Below are positions 20,519 to 30,733 of a stretch of DNA of 64,000 nucleotides, one piece after another. This stretch comes from Candidatus Bathyarchaeota archaeon (GTDB lineage Archaea; Thermoproteota; Bathyarchaeia; Bathyarchaeales; Bathycorpusculaceae): assembly GCA_963739305.1 (NCBI GenBank), contig CAVTZU010000023.1, positions 1 through 64,000 of the forward strand, in the 5' to 3' direction. A program made the position numbers and the translations under genes. Each line of letters begins with the position of its first letter. Within the stretch, counting starts at the first letter, position 1. The notes beneath the pieces were generated by a model. It was not told where the DNA came from and did not search any database. It saw nothing but the letters and a program-made list of their open reading frames with translations.

Positions 20519-21043
20519 ATGTTGAAACGCGGGTTATACGTAGGAAGATTCCAACCTTTCCACCTTGGACATTTAAGCGCGATAAAAGACGTTCTGAAAG
20601 AAGTCGATGAACTAGTCATCGTGATAGGAAGCGCCCAATACAGCCACACCTTCAACAACCCCTTCACAGCAGGCGAGAGACTAGTCATGGTTCGCAAGGC
20701 TCTCGAAGAATACGGAGTAAACAGTGAACAAATCTGGATCGTACCCGTCCCAGACGTACACTTACACATGATGTGGGTCTCCTCGCTTGAAGGCTACACC
20801 CCTCATTTTGACGTTGTCTACTCGAACGAACCATTGACGCGCCGCCTGTTCAAGGAATCGGGATACAAAGTCAAACCCATTCGCCTCTTCGACAGAAAAG
20901 ACTACTCGTCAACCGAAATCAGACAAAAAATGGTAAAGGACGAAAACTGGCAAAAACTAGTCCCGAAAAGCGTGGTAGCTTTCATTAAAGAAATAGACGG
21001 AATCAACAGACTAAAAGACATAATCAAAACCGACAAAGCTTGA
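20519..21043 (+). CDS. nadM: Nicotinamide-nucleotide adenylyltransferase
   Basis: GRFQPFHLGH, NPFTAGER, SSTEIR. Confidence 0.95.
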   Translation: MLKRGLYVGRFQPFHLGHLSAIKDVLKEVDELVIVIGSAQYSHTFNNPFTAGERLVMVRKALEEYGVNSEQIWIVPVPDVHLHMMWVSSLEGYTPHFDVVYSNEPLTRRLFKESGYKVKPIRLFDRKDYSSTEIRQKMVKDENWQKLVPKSVVAFIKEIDGINRLKDIIKTDKA

Positions 21044-21424
21044 ACAATCAGACCCAACTGCGTTCTTCGTCAACACTTGTCAAACGCTTGAAAATCCAAG
21101 GCGGAACATGTTCTCTCGAAGAATCGACATATAGTAACTTTTGTTCTATGAAGATCGATAAAGCGAGCACGCATACGCCACTTCTTCACCGCACGCATAG
21201 AGTCACGTAGCAGCTTCAAAGCCTTCTCCTCGTCCAAATCACACTCAGAACTACGATTCCAGAAAGAATGCATACGAACATGTTCACCAAAGTCTGGGCG
21301 GCTTGCGAGAAAATCTCCTCAAACATCTTCGATCACACATTACTCTATCATTATCAAGCTAAAAGCGCAGTTTCGACCGGGTACATATTCGAGAAACCGA
21401 CATATTCGCTTCGCAGATGAAACT

Positions 21425-22225
21425 CTAAGAGCGGTAGACTGTGACCTTGTCTCCGATTTTGGCCTGCAACTCCTTTTCGGCGCTACCTTGATTTATTGAT
21501 ATTTCCAAGAACCCGTGACTTCCGATCAGAACAACAGGTTTCCTCGGTTTAACCTCAGCATATGCCCCGCAAAAATCGACTATCAACCCAGACTTTCCAA
21601 TTCTCAACTTCATCCCTTTTGTGCGGCAAATAGACTCAAGCTCGACTTCCGCTATGTTCGTGACTACGTTTCCAAAATCGTCTATGTAAACCACCTCGCC
21701 CACGATCTTGTAGCGTTCCCTGATGACTTTTGCGAATTCAGGAATCACGAGTCTCTTGGTTTCAGGACCAACATCTGAAGGCGATGTTCCGTTTGCAAGG
21801 TGTGCCGCAACAGGACAGAACACATCTCGCCCCTGAAAAGTGTTCGAGACAGTTGACAGCATCAGTCGCCGATTCGTAATTTCATAAACGCGGTCCATTC
21901 CTCGAGCTTTCGCAGCCAAGATCAACAATCCATTGTCTGGTCCCAAAAAAAGACTGCCCTTGGCCTCGATGCACAACGCTCGCCTTTTCGTTCCAACTCC
22001 GGGATCAATGACCGCCACGTGAATTGTGTCCTTCGGAAAAAACGGTGAAGCTGACGCTAGAATGTAGGCACCCATTCGAACGTTGAACTTATCAACTTGA
22101 TGACTGATATCCACGATCGTCGCATTAGAACAGAGATTCATGATTACGGCTTTCATTTCCGCCACATAAGGATCTCTCAAACCGAAATCAGTTGTCAGAG
22201 TGATCAACGATCGAGCCATGTTCAC
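21425..22225 (-). CDS. SAM hydroxide adenosyltransferase (DUF62) family
   Basis: TLTTDFG, VIDPGVGTKRR, GPDNG, TFQGRD, DDFGN. Confidence 0.9.
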   Translation of the reverse strand: MNMARSLITLTTDFGLRDPYVAEMKAVIMNLCSNATIVDISHQVDKFNVRMGAYILASASPFFPKDTIHVAVIDPGVGTKRRALCIEAKGSLFLGPDNGLLILAAKARGMDRVYEITNRRLMLSTVSNTFQGRDVFCPVAAHLANGTSPSDVGPETKRLVIPEFAKVIRERYKIVGEVVYIDDFGNVVTNIAEVELESICRTKGMKLRIGKSGLIVDFCGAYAEVKPRKPVVLIGSHGFLEISINQGSAEKELQAKIGDKVTVYRS

Positions 22226-22284
22226 CCTTTTATAAAAGCCACCTAATAATTAGCTTTCTACCGAGAGATGCGGCGAACCACACA

Positions 22285-23010
22285 ATGGCACGTTACCGAA
22301 ATCTCACCGCTGCAGATGTTGCTTTGACAACGGTTTTCACAGCATACTACGCAATCTTTGGTTTCCTGAAAATCTCACCCATAATCGGTTTGCCTGGACA
22401 GGCGATAACCGCTGCTGCCATAATCGCCCCGATAATAGGGTTGCTTCTTGGACCCTACATCGGTACACTTTCCGCATTTCTGGGCGGAACAATCGGATTC
22501 TCCCTCGGATCTCTGTCATACCTGAGCTTCGCGTCGGGCATCGCAACCACGTTCTGTGCCGGAATGATAAGGACGGGAAAGAGAACTCTGGCATCCGTGT
22601 TCTATCTTTTTCTCTTCCTGCTTTTTGCATTCTATCCCGCGGTTGGACCAGCATGGGTTTTCCCCTTAGAGACCTGGTTTCAGATTGTGGGTCTACTTCT
22701 CTTGGTCTCACCCCTTCAATCTAAGGCGACAAAATTCTTAGACTCTGGCAACAACACAAAGCTCATGCTGGGCTTTTTCTCAACCTGCCTCGTTTCAACG
22801 CTTGCAGGGCAGATCGCAGGGTCCTTGACGTTTGAAATACTCGCAACGGACCCGAGAACCGTGATCGGCTCTTGGCTCACCCTGACAGCGCTCTATCCTT
22901 TGGAACGAATCATAATAGCCGCTGTGGCAACGTTGGTCGGAGCCTCGCTCGCAAGAGTCTTGAAATCAGCTAATCTACCGCCTTCAATTGCCAGAACGAA
23001 GAGAGCTTGA
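22285..23010 (+). CDS. Membrane protein, ECF S-component-like
   Basis: IAPIIGLLLGPYIG, YPLER; multiple TM segments. Confidence 0.65.
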   Translation: MARYRNLTAADVALTTVFTAYYAIFGFLKISPIIGLPGQAITAAAIIAPIIGLLLGPYIGTLSAFLGGTIGFSLGSLSYLSFASGIATTFCAGMIRTGKRTLASVFYLFLFLLFAFYPAVGPAWVFPLETWFQIVGLLLLVSPLQSKATKFLDSGNNTKLMLGFFSTCLVSTLAGQIAGSLTFEILATDPRTVIGSWLTLTALYPLERIIIAAVATLVGASLARVLKSANLPPSIARTKRA

Positions 23011-23012
23011 CG

Positions 23013-23267
23013 TCACTTGTGAGGACGTGAGAGCCTTCTAGACTCTTCTGTCTCAAACTCCTCTGACGAAACCGCTGTTCGCTCAAGAGAGCTCAATTTG
23101 CGTTCGAAGTGCTGAAGAAGATTCTCGTTATTGTCCAAAACTGTCAAAGGTGCATGAGTGTTTGACTGAGAGTCAGAAATGAAAATCCTCAGACATCTGT
23201 CACACTTCCAGACAGCTTCAAAGACGAACTCAAAATCTTTGTTCTGTCCGCAACCTGGACATCTCAT
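23013..23267 (-). CDS. Small zinc-finger protein
   Basis: CPGCG...WKCDRC; GGTGA SD. Confidence 0.65.
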   Translation of the reverse strand: MRCPGCGQNKDFEFVFEAVWKCDRCLRIFISDSQSNTHAPLTVLDNNENLLQHFERKLSSLERTAVSSEEFETEESRRLSRPHK

Positions 23268-23375
23268 GAAATATCACCTTCTAACCAGCCCAACGAATTC
23301 CACAATTTCAGCTATAAGAGTTTTGTACTCGGATGAGTGAAAGATGGGAGGGGCAAGTTTCGTCAAAAACAACGA

Positions 23376-24164
23376 TCATGTTCTACCCCGGCCCTTTTCC
23401 CGTGATTGCCGTTCAATTATGCTCATGAAAATGCACTGTTCGAAAGGCATCATCATGTCAGCTGCCCCGTGCACATCGTCATCGAACTCCACGGGCGCAT
23501 CCCTAATTAGCACAACCGGGGTTTGCTCGGTAGCCTCACCCATCAGCAAGTGTGCCGCAGAGGCCATATCGTCCGCCACGGCTTGACGCGTAATCATGAT
23601 TCGTTTCCCAAACAAATCCCTTTTTCCAATGTTATCCCGCACGGGTTTGAAGCCAGCAACGGCCAAAGCCAGCCCGTTCGTGCCCTTCCTCAGAGGAACC
23701 AAACCGCTGTCCACGATCAAAACCGCAACACTCTTGCCAGTTGCCCTTTTAATCTCGTCTCTAATATTTTTTGCAGACTTCTCAGGATCACTTGGCCACA
23801 ACGCCGCATAATCATCAGGTGTGTTCTTGTTGTCTATGCCAGCATTAGGGGTCATGAATCCGTCTTTTAGAGTCAAAACAGCCTTTTCGACTCCACCATA
23901 AATCCTGTCTGCTTCCCGCAGAATCAATTCAGCAAATTCCGGAGCCAAGGAGTACTTCTTTGCAAGCTGGATTGCCTCTTTTGACGCCTTGATTTTCCCA
24001 GGTTCCGCAACACGCCCTTCAGAGTACGAGAGGATTTTGGAAGTTATCGCGAGCACGTCGTTGTTTTTCAGCCGCAAACTCTGAGAAGACAAGCATTCAA
24101 GAATCAACCTAACCAAGTCATCTCCGACGTTTACGACCGGCATCCTAACAGCAAAAAGCTCCAT
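23376..24164 (-). CDS. CofE-like (F420-0:glutamate ligase family) paralog
   Basis: ITSKILS, NAGID, DS...RKG, DLFG, ADDMASAA..MGE. Confidence 0.85.
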   Translation of the reverse strand: MELFAVRMPVVNVGDDLVRLILECLSSQSLRLKNNDVLAITSKILSYSEGRVAEPGKIKASKEAIQLAKKYSLAPEFAELILREADRIYGGVEKAVLTLKDGFMTPNAGIDNKNTPDDYAALWPSDPEKSAKNIRDEIKRATGKSVAVLIVDSGLVPLRKGTNGLALAVAGFKPVRDNIGKRDLFGKRIMITRQAVADDMASAAHLLMGEATEQTPVVLIRDAPVEFDDDVHGAADMMMPFEQCIFMSIIERQSREKGRGRT

Positions 24165-24170
24165 GTAATC

Positions 24171-24455
24171 TCACCCTCCGTGCATGACGGGAACGAAAAC
24201 AACTTCATCGCCATCGTTTACAGTTGTCTCCAGCCCGTTGGAAGCGCCGATTTCTTGTCCATTCACGAGGACCAGCATGTTGGACCTTGGACCTCCCGAA
24301 TTAGGGTCAATCAGGGCAGACTTGAGTCGCGGTAATCGTTCGACAACTTTGGCGACTAGAATTCGGACGGAGACGGAAGCCTTGAACTTGAACTTGATTT
24401 CACTTTTCCCAGAGACACCGCGAAAAGAACCCACGAATTTCACGTTGACTGTCAT
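24171..24455 (-). CDS. MoaD/ThiS/SAMP ubiquitin-like protein
   Basis: LVNG...DGDEVVFVPVMHGG with C-terminal GG. Confidence 0.9.
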   Translation of the reverse strand: MTVNVKFVGSFRGVSGKSEIKFKFKASVSVRILVAKVVERLPRLKSALIDPNSGGPRSNMLVLVNGQEIGASNGLETTVNDGDEVVFVPVMHGG

Positions 24456-24474
24456 CCAGCATCCCTTTCAGCTT

Positions 24475-25878
24475 TCACACGATCACTACGACCGAAACAT
24501 CATTGACGTTAGTGCCCGTAGGACCCGTGAAAATAAGGTCCTGGAGATTAGAGAAAAAGTGATACGAATCGTTTTCAGCCAAGAACTTCTCTGGAGCCAA
24601 TCCAATCTTCTTTGCTCTTTCCATGGTTTCACCGTCAATTATGGCCCCAGCCGCATCGGTTGGTCCATCAACCCCATCCGTTGTGAGAGAGGCAAGAGCT
24701 ACACCTTTAGACCCGTTGATTCTCAGTGCTGATGACAATGCAATCTCCTGGTTTCTGCCGCCTTTTCCCTTTCCGGTCACCACCACTGTCGTCTCTCCGC
24801 CAGCGACTACGCCAGCCGGTTTGCAGATAGGGTTTCCAGAAGCAATGATTTCACGTGCAATGGAAGCCAGCACTGTGCCAACGTGCTTGGCTTCTCCTTC
24901 CAAAGTTGAGGTCAGAAGAATCGTATTCAATTTTGAAGCTTTCAAGCAATTGCACGCTGCTTGACTCGCAAAGCGGTTGTTTCCGACCACAACGTTGTAA
25001 ACTTTTTTGAACGCGTCATCTTTAGCCTTCGGAGTTTCGGGTATGAGACCTTTGTCTCCTTTTGCCATCAACTTTCTTATCGATAGTGGAGTTCGGCTCC
25101 ACAACTTGTACTTCTTCAAGACATTTGTTGCATCCCTGAACGTTGTGGAATCGGGAACAGTCGGCCCTGAAGCGATGAAATCTAACGGGTCTCCCATGAC
25201 GTCGGAGAGTATTAGATTCAAGATGGTTGCGGGATACGCATCTCTGGCGAGCCAGCCACCTTTGAAGTCTGAGATGTGTTTGCGAACGGTGTTGATCTCC
25301 TTTATCGTTGCCCCGCTCTTAAGAAGAGCATCCGTGATCTGCTTCTTGTCCCCCAGCGAAACGTTTCCCCGCGGGAGGGGCATGAGACTGGAACCTCCGC
25401 CCGAGATCAAGCAGATAAGCAGATCGTCTTCTTCGGCTTCCTTGGCCAGTTTTACCATTCTTCTTGTTCCTTCTACTCCGGCTTGATCTGGAACTGGATG
25501 ACTTGCTTCCTGAAGCTTCACTATTTTTGTTGTCTCTTTTGTTCCATGAGGGACGTTGACGAACCCGCCAGTTATGCTGTCATCCAGCACTTGCTCTAGA
25601 CCCTCAGCCATGGAGCCGCTTGCTTTGCCGCCGCCTACCACATAGATATGCTTGAACCTTCTCAAATCAAAAGTGTAAGAATCGACTTTCAAAACGTGGT
25701 TTTCAAGTGTAAGGCGTGTCCTTATTATCTGTCGAGGATCAGCAGCATTCAGAGCAGCCTCGAGGCTTTTCAGCGTCAGTTCTCGCGCTTTTCGGTCAGC
25801 CGGATTCGTGGCGTTGTTGATCAATTGCTCTATATTCAGTATTGAAGTCAACTTAAGGAGGCCTCGAAGATTCCTCAA
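24475..25878 (-). CDS. Glycerate 2-kinase (MOFRL family)
   Basis: GGGKA, ASHPVPD, ISGGGS, IASGPT, GGETTV, GGRNQE, TGTNVND. Confidence 0.95.
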   Translation of the reverse strand: MRNLRGLLKLTSILNIEQLINNATNPADRKARELTLKSLEAALNAADPRQIIRTRLTLENHVLKVDSYTFDLRRFKHIYVVGGGKASGSMAEGLEQVLDDSITGGFVNVPHGTKETTKIVKLQEASHPVPDQAGVEGTRRMVKLAKEAEEDDLLICLISGGGSSLMPLPRGNVSLGDKKQITDALLKSGATIKEINTVRKHISDFKGGWLARDAYPATILNLILSDVMGDPLDFIASGPTVPDSTTFRDATNVLKKYKLWSRTPLSIRKLMAKGDKGLIPETPKAKDDAFKKVYNVVVGNNRFASQAACNCLKASKLNTILLTSTLEGEAKHVGTVLASIAREIIASGNPICKPAGVVAGGETTVVVTGKGKGGRNQEIALSSALRINGSKGVALASLTTDGVDGPTDAAGAIIDGETMERAKKIGLAPEKFLAENDSYHFFSNLQDLIFTGPTGTNVNDVSVVVIV

Positions 25879-25949
25879 ATTTGAATGCGTAAGTGTAATA
25901 AGTCAACGCTAATAAAGAATTCCGCGACACTCTGAACGGTGAGTTTCGT

Positions 25950-26951
25950 ATGACAAAACCAAAGATCTACGTTACACGGGACCTCCCCGAAAGGGGTTTG
26001 AAGGTCATAAAACAGTACTTTGACGCAGAAGTCTGGCCTGAATATGCTCCACCCCCAAAGAAGGTCATAATCGACAAGGCCAAGAATGTTGATGCTCTTG
26101 CAACCTTGCTGTCAGACAAGATAGACGCTGAAGTCTTCAATGTCGCACCAAAACTCCGAATCGTTTCTCAATTGGCGGTCGGTTTTGACAACATAGACAT
26201 TCCTGAAGCAACCAGAAGAGGAATCTACGTGACTAACACGCCTGAAGTCCTCACTGACACAACCGCAGACTTCGCGTGGACACTTCTCATGGCTGTAGCC
26301 AGACGCGTGGTTGAGGCAGACAAGTACGTGCGCAATGGACAGTGGAAAGTTGGTTGGCACCCTAACATGATGACTGGCCGGGACGTGTTCGGAACAACCA
26401 TTGGCATCGTGGGCGCTGGCAGAATTGGCTACGCAATGGCAAAAAGGGCAATAGGATTTGACATGAAGATTCTCTTCTATGATGTCATCGCACGGCCTGA
26501 GATGGAGAAGCTCGGAGCAAAAAAGGTTGACTTGGACACTCTGCTGAAAGAGTCAGACTTCGTCACGGTCCATGTTCCACTCATGAAGGATACACAGCAC
26601 CTCATAAACGAACAAAGACTGAAACTGATGAAGAAAACAGCATACGTCATCAACAATTCACGAGGACCAGTTGTGGACGAAAAAGCGTTGTATAAAGCTT
26701 TGAAAGAAGGCTGGATCGCGGGGGCGGGACTGGACGTTTTTGAACAGGAACCGACGCCTGCTGACAATCCATTGCTGAAGTTTGACAATGTGGTCGTGGC
26801 TCCGCATATATCCAGCGCGAGCCTTGAGACGCGGGCTAAAATGTCTGAGATGGTCGCAGATAACCTTGTAAGCTTCTTCCAAGGAAAACAGCCACCTAAC
26901 CTTGTCAACAAAGAAGTGATGAAAGTTCGCCCACTCTCAAAGCTGTTCTAG
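25950..26951 (+). CDS. gyaR: Glyoxylate/hydroxypyruvate reductase
   Basis: VGFDNID, TNTPEVLT, GAGRIG, NNSRGPVVDE, PHISSA. Confidence 0.9.
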   Translation: MTKPKIYVTRDLPERGLKVIKQYFDAEVWPEYAPPPKKVIIDKAKNVDALATLLSDKIDAEVFNVAPKLRIVSQLAVGFDNIDIPEATRRGIYVTNTPEVLTDTTADFAWTLLMAVARRVVEADKYVRNGQWKVGWHPNMMTGRDVFGTTIGIVGAGRIGYAMAKRAIGFDMKILFYDVIARPEMEKLGAKKVDLDTLLKESDFVTVHVPLMKDTQHLINEQRLKLMKKTAYVINNSRGPVVDEKALYKALKEGWIAGAGLDVFEQEPTPADNPLLKFDNVVVAPHISSASLETRAKMSEMVADNLVSFFQGKQPPNLVNKEVMKVRPLSKLF

Positions 26952-27137
26952 CTGCGAAAAAAGAATCAGACCATTCAGTCAATGATCAATCCTTTCCTTT
27001 TTTCTTTCTGTTCACATGTTTCCTAAGCGTTTGATAACAGATGCTTTTTCGGTCGTAAGGTTAGAGGAGCGCGGGGTGGAATGGTTAAATACTTATTTGT
27101 TTTTACGTGATTTCTGTTTCACTTTGGGGTGATTTAG

Positions 27138-28310
27138 GTGAGCACCATCTTTGCCGGTAGAATGAAGGCTCTCGAAACCGAAACAGCTTTTGAGGTACTC
27201 GCAAAGGCTAAGGTACTTGAGAAACAAGGGAAAAACATAATTCACTTGGAGATAGGTGAGCCCGATTTTGATACTCCTAAGAACATTAAGGAAGCGGCTG
27301 AAAGAGCGCTCGACGCAGGGTATACGCATTACTCTCCGTCGTCTGGGATGCCCGAACTAAAACAAGTTATTGCAGAACATATTTCTGAGACGAGAAAGTT
27401 GGACGTGAGACCTGAAGAGGTGGTGATCACGCCGGGGGCCAAGCCGATCATGTTTTTCAGTATGTTAGCGTTGGTCAACTCGGGCGACGAGGTTCTTTAT
27501 CCAAACCCAGGGTTCCCCGTGTACGAGTCTTTGATAAAGTTTGTAGGTGCGAAACCCGTTCCAATTCCACTCAAAGAAGAAAACGAGTTCGGGCTCGATC
27601 CTGAGTACGTGAAGGAGAAGATAACTGGCAAGACAAAGATGATAATCCTTAACTCGCCAGAGAATCCGACTGGCGGAGTGCTAACTCATGAGCAGCTCAA
27701 AGCAATAGCCGACTGTTTGGAGGATAGGGATGACGTTTTCGTGCTCTCGGACGAGATCTATAGCAGAATAATTTATGAAGGTAAGCCGGAAAGCATTTCG
27801 CAGCTTCCTGGGATGAAGGAGAAGACGATTATTCTTGATGGTTTTTCGAAGACTTATGCAATGACGGGATGGAGACTGGGCTATGGCGTAATGAGAAAGG
27901 ACGTTGCGGGAAAGATGGCGCAGCTGATGACGAATTCGAACTCGTGCACGAACACTTTTGTGCAGATGGCTGGAATCGAGGCGTTGAAGGGTCCTCAGAC
28001 TGAGCTGGATAAGATGGTTAGTGAATTCAGGAAGCGGAGAGAAGTCATAGTTGACGGACTCAACAAGATTGAAGGCTTAACATGCAAGAAACCCCATGGA
28101 GCTTTTTACGCGTTTCCGAACATCACGGCAACCGGTATGGATTCTCGCAAGCTGGGGGACCGTTTGATGAACGATGCAGGCGTTGCGGTCTTGCCTGGAG
28201 CGTCGTTCGGTGAGTTCGGTGAGGGTTACTTGCGTCTGTCGTTTGCGAATTCGGTTGAGAACATTCGGATGGCTTTGGATCGAATAGAAAAATCGCTTAT
28301 GAAGCTATAA
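27138..28310 (+). CDS. Class I PLP aminotransferase (AspAT-like)
   Basis: GEPDFDTP, NSPENPTG, SDEIY, GFSKTYAMTGWRLG. Confidence 0.95.
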   Translation: MSTIFAGRMKALETETAFEVLAKAKVLEKQGKNIIHLEIGEPDFDTPKNIKEAAERALDAGYTHYSPSSGMPELKQVIAEHISETRKLDVRPEEVVITPGAKPIMFFSMLALVNSGDEVLYPNPGFPVYESLIKFVGAKPVPIPLKEENEFGLDPEYVKEKITGKTKMIILNSPENPTGGVLTHEQLKAIADCLEDRDDVFVLSDEIYSRIIYEGKPESISQLPGMKEKTIILDGFSKTYAMTGWRLGYGVMRKDVAGKMAQLMTNSNSCTNTFVQMAGIEALKGPQTELDKMVSEFRKRREVIVDGLNKIEGLTCKKPHGAFYAFPNITATGMDSRKLGDRLMNDAGVAVLPGASFGEFGEGYLRLSFANSVENIRMALDRIEKSLMKL

Positions 28311-28315
28311 GCCTT

Positions 28316-28696
28316 CTAGTCTTCTAGTTTTTCTTCTGTGAGTGTTTCGACTATGTCTGAGGCTAGTTGTACGAGGCTGTCTGCCTGTTTCATCGCTCGC
28401 TCGCCATCGATTTCTTCGATTTGGGACAGCTGTTGGACCATGCCTTCTATCTCTACGAGGCATTTTAGGACAGGGTCTTCGATTGTCTGTGGCTGGATTC
28501 TTTCCGCTGCATCGCGGACAACGATTTCGACGAAGGCTGGTTCTCCCAGGCTGTAGTAGATGGCGTTTCGGGCTTTTCTAACGGCTTCCAAGACGAGGCT
28601 TGGGGCCATGTAGGGCATTTTGCGGGCAGCTTCGAGTTCTGCTTTGGCTTCTCTCAGGTATCTGAGTGCCCAGCCTTTTCTGTACTGGTCCATCAT
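28316..28696 (-). CDS. Hypothetical helical (HEPN-like) protein
   Basis: WALRYLREAKAEL helical pattern; downstream of rps17e. Confidence 0.65.
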   Translation of the reverse strand: MMDQYRKGWALRYLREAKAELEAARKMPYMAPSLVLEAVRKARNAIYYSLGEPAFVEIVVRDAAERIQPQTIEDPVLKCLVEIEGMVQQLSQIEEIDGERAMKQADSLVQLASDIVETLTEEKLED

Positions 28697-28739
28697 TGGT
28701 TTCGTCTCTTCGGGTTATTCTTGATAAGTGTGGGAGGAT

Positions 28740-28976
28740 TTATGCGGTCTCTTCTTCTTCGAGTTCTGCTTCGTTTGCTTGTTGTTCCGCGGCTTCAACG
28801 GCGAGGAATCGGGTGATGTATCCGGCGATTTGGTTTCTGACTTTTGGGGTTCCGCCTTGGACCAAGGCCTTGACTAGGTGTTTGTTGTTTTCGAAGTCAT
28901 GGTTGAATTTGTCGGGGAATCGTTTGATGAGCTCTTTGGCGGTTCGTTTGATTTGTTCTGTGCGTACGCTTCCCAA
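28740..28976 (-). CDS. rps17e: 30S ribosomal protein S17e
   Basis: MGSVRT..IKR, DFENNK, VRNQIAGYITR. Confidence 0.97.
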   Translation of the reverse strand: MGSVRTEQIKRTAKELIKRFPDKFNHDFENNKHLVKALVQGGTPKVRNQIAGYITRFLAVEAAEQQANEAELEEEETA

Positions 28977-29096
28977 GCTTATTGCTCCTGATTATGGTCT
29001 TGTTCTATGTGCTTCATGTTTGTTTATGTGCTGAAGCAACCTTTGTTAAACATGGTTTGGCTAATTTAACTTTACCTGTCCTAACCGGCGGAACTG

Positions 29097-29194
29097 GTGA
29101 ATTCAGCGTTGGATAGGGCTTTGATGGAGGACTGGTCAACATGGTTTTTGAGTGTTTTAAGCTCTAAAACACCCTACCCCCCGGCCTTTTTTTC
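29097..29194 (-). repeat. Conserved ~100-bp non-coding element, copy 2
   Basis: Minus strand GAAAAAAAGGCCGGGGGGTAGGGTGTTTTAGA-18 nt-CCATGTTGACCAG-25 nt-CTGAATT. Confidence 0.8.
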
Positions 29195-29266
29195 GTGCAG
29201 AGGGCTCTTGCGTGGGTCTTGTTTTGGTTGTGGCTGTGGTGCCTCTGTTGGTCGCGGCTGGTTTTT

Positions 29267-30550
29267 CTATGTTGAAGTTTCATGCAGCTGTTGTTTTTGT
29301 TTGACCATTCTTTGGAGGAGGATGTAGCCGATCAGAGTCGCGAAACCGATGGATCCGAGGATTCCCCATGTGAGTCTCTTTTCCGTTAGAGACGCGAAGA
29401 GTGTGAAGGCGAGTTGGGAGCCTGCGGCGCCTCCTATGCCGAAGAATAGTCCAAGGATGGCCATGTACCTTCCTCTTTTGTCGGGTGGAGCCAGGTTTGC
29501 GACGAAGCCTGAGCTTGCCGGGACGAAGGTTATTTCACCGAGTGTTAGGACGACGACGCCGGCTAGGAACTGTAGGAAGTTTGTGGCGAACATGAAGTAT
29601 GTGAAGCCTGCTGCGTAGAGCAGCTGGGCTATTATGAAGGCTTTGGTTGCTCCTATTCTTACAGCGCCTTTTCGTATCGGGATCTGCAGTGCAACGACCA
29701 TTGCGCCGTTGACTGAGAAGAATATGCCGAAAACGTATGGTTCGAACCCCACGTACTGTGTGTAAACCGATAACAGCCCATAGAGTTGTGAGTAAACAAG
29801 GTTCGTCAGTGCGCCTGTCAGGCAGAAGAGTATGAAGATTCGGTCTTTGAAGATTCCTGCAAACTGGGCAAGTGAGACGCCGGAGACTTCTCCAGGCGTG
29901 TAGGATTCCTTTATCGAAAGCACAAGCCCTACTGCTGCAACAGAGCGAATAATGCTGCGTAAACGAAGAGTATTGGATAACCCTTTGTGCTAGCGATGAA
30001 GCCACCGATCAGCGGTCCGATCATTGTGCCTATGTTTCCGATCATGTAGCTCAGGCCGTAGACTTCTTCGCGTCTTTCAGGATGCACGAGGTCGGCGATC
30101 ATCGCGCTCTGAGCAGGATCTAAGAAGGCTCCGATGACTCCCGTTGCGGCGTACAGCAATAGAAAATCGATGTAGCTGCCGACGAACGCGAAACCAGCTG
30201 TCAGAACGGCTTGAATGCACAATGAGAACAGCAGCATCTTCTTTCTTCCAAACCTGTCACATAGGTTTCCTGTTACTAGAAGAGCAAACGTGTTGGCCAA
30301 ACTGCCGACCATTATCATAAAGCCTATGAGCGATGGGTCAAACTGCAGGCCGCCAGCTCCTCTGCTTGCAGTCAGGAACATTGCTAAGGTACGGAAAAGC
30401 TATGTTTCTTCCGAGCGAAAAGACAAATCCCAGGCTAAGAAGGATTTGGATCTGAGGTGGTAGATCTGTAAGCCCGATTTTAGAGGAGGCGCGGAGAAGC
30501 AGCTGGCTTATCGCTCTCGTGAATCGTGAACTCTCGTGGTGAGCGCACAT
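29267..30550 (-). CDS. MFS transporter (frameshifted)
   Basis: GNLCDRFGRK motif A, LAPPDKRGRY; three ORF pieces. Confidence 0.85.
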
Positions 30551-30733
30551 GAGACAACACAGCACTCTCCGCAGCAAATTTTGTGAGCACAAACACATCT
30601 TGACAGATTGTTAAGAACCTTTCGGCAATTGCAATATTGTACTATCTGCTCTCTGGTCAACACCTACCTGTCGGATAGCCAAAGAAGGAAAAATTTAATC
30701 TGCACAGCAACAGAAGACAACTAGGGGTTCGAA

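Noticed and set aside
21070-21273. Short ORF between nadM and the DUF62 gene
   Set aside because: No recognisable motif; possibly gene debris, but I cannot support it
29067-29078. TAACTTTACCTG as a further copy of the palindrome
   Set aside because: Only a partial half-site with no complementary left arm
29739-29750. GGTTCGAACCCC tRNA T-loop-like sequence
   Set aside because: Lies inside the MFS coding region with no cloverleaf; no tRNA or rRNA was found in the window
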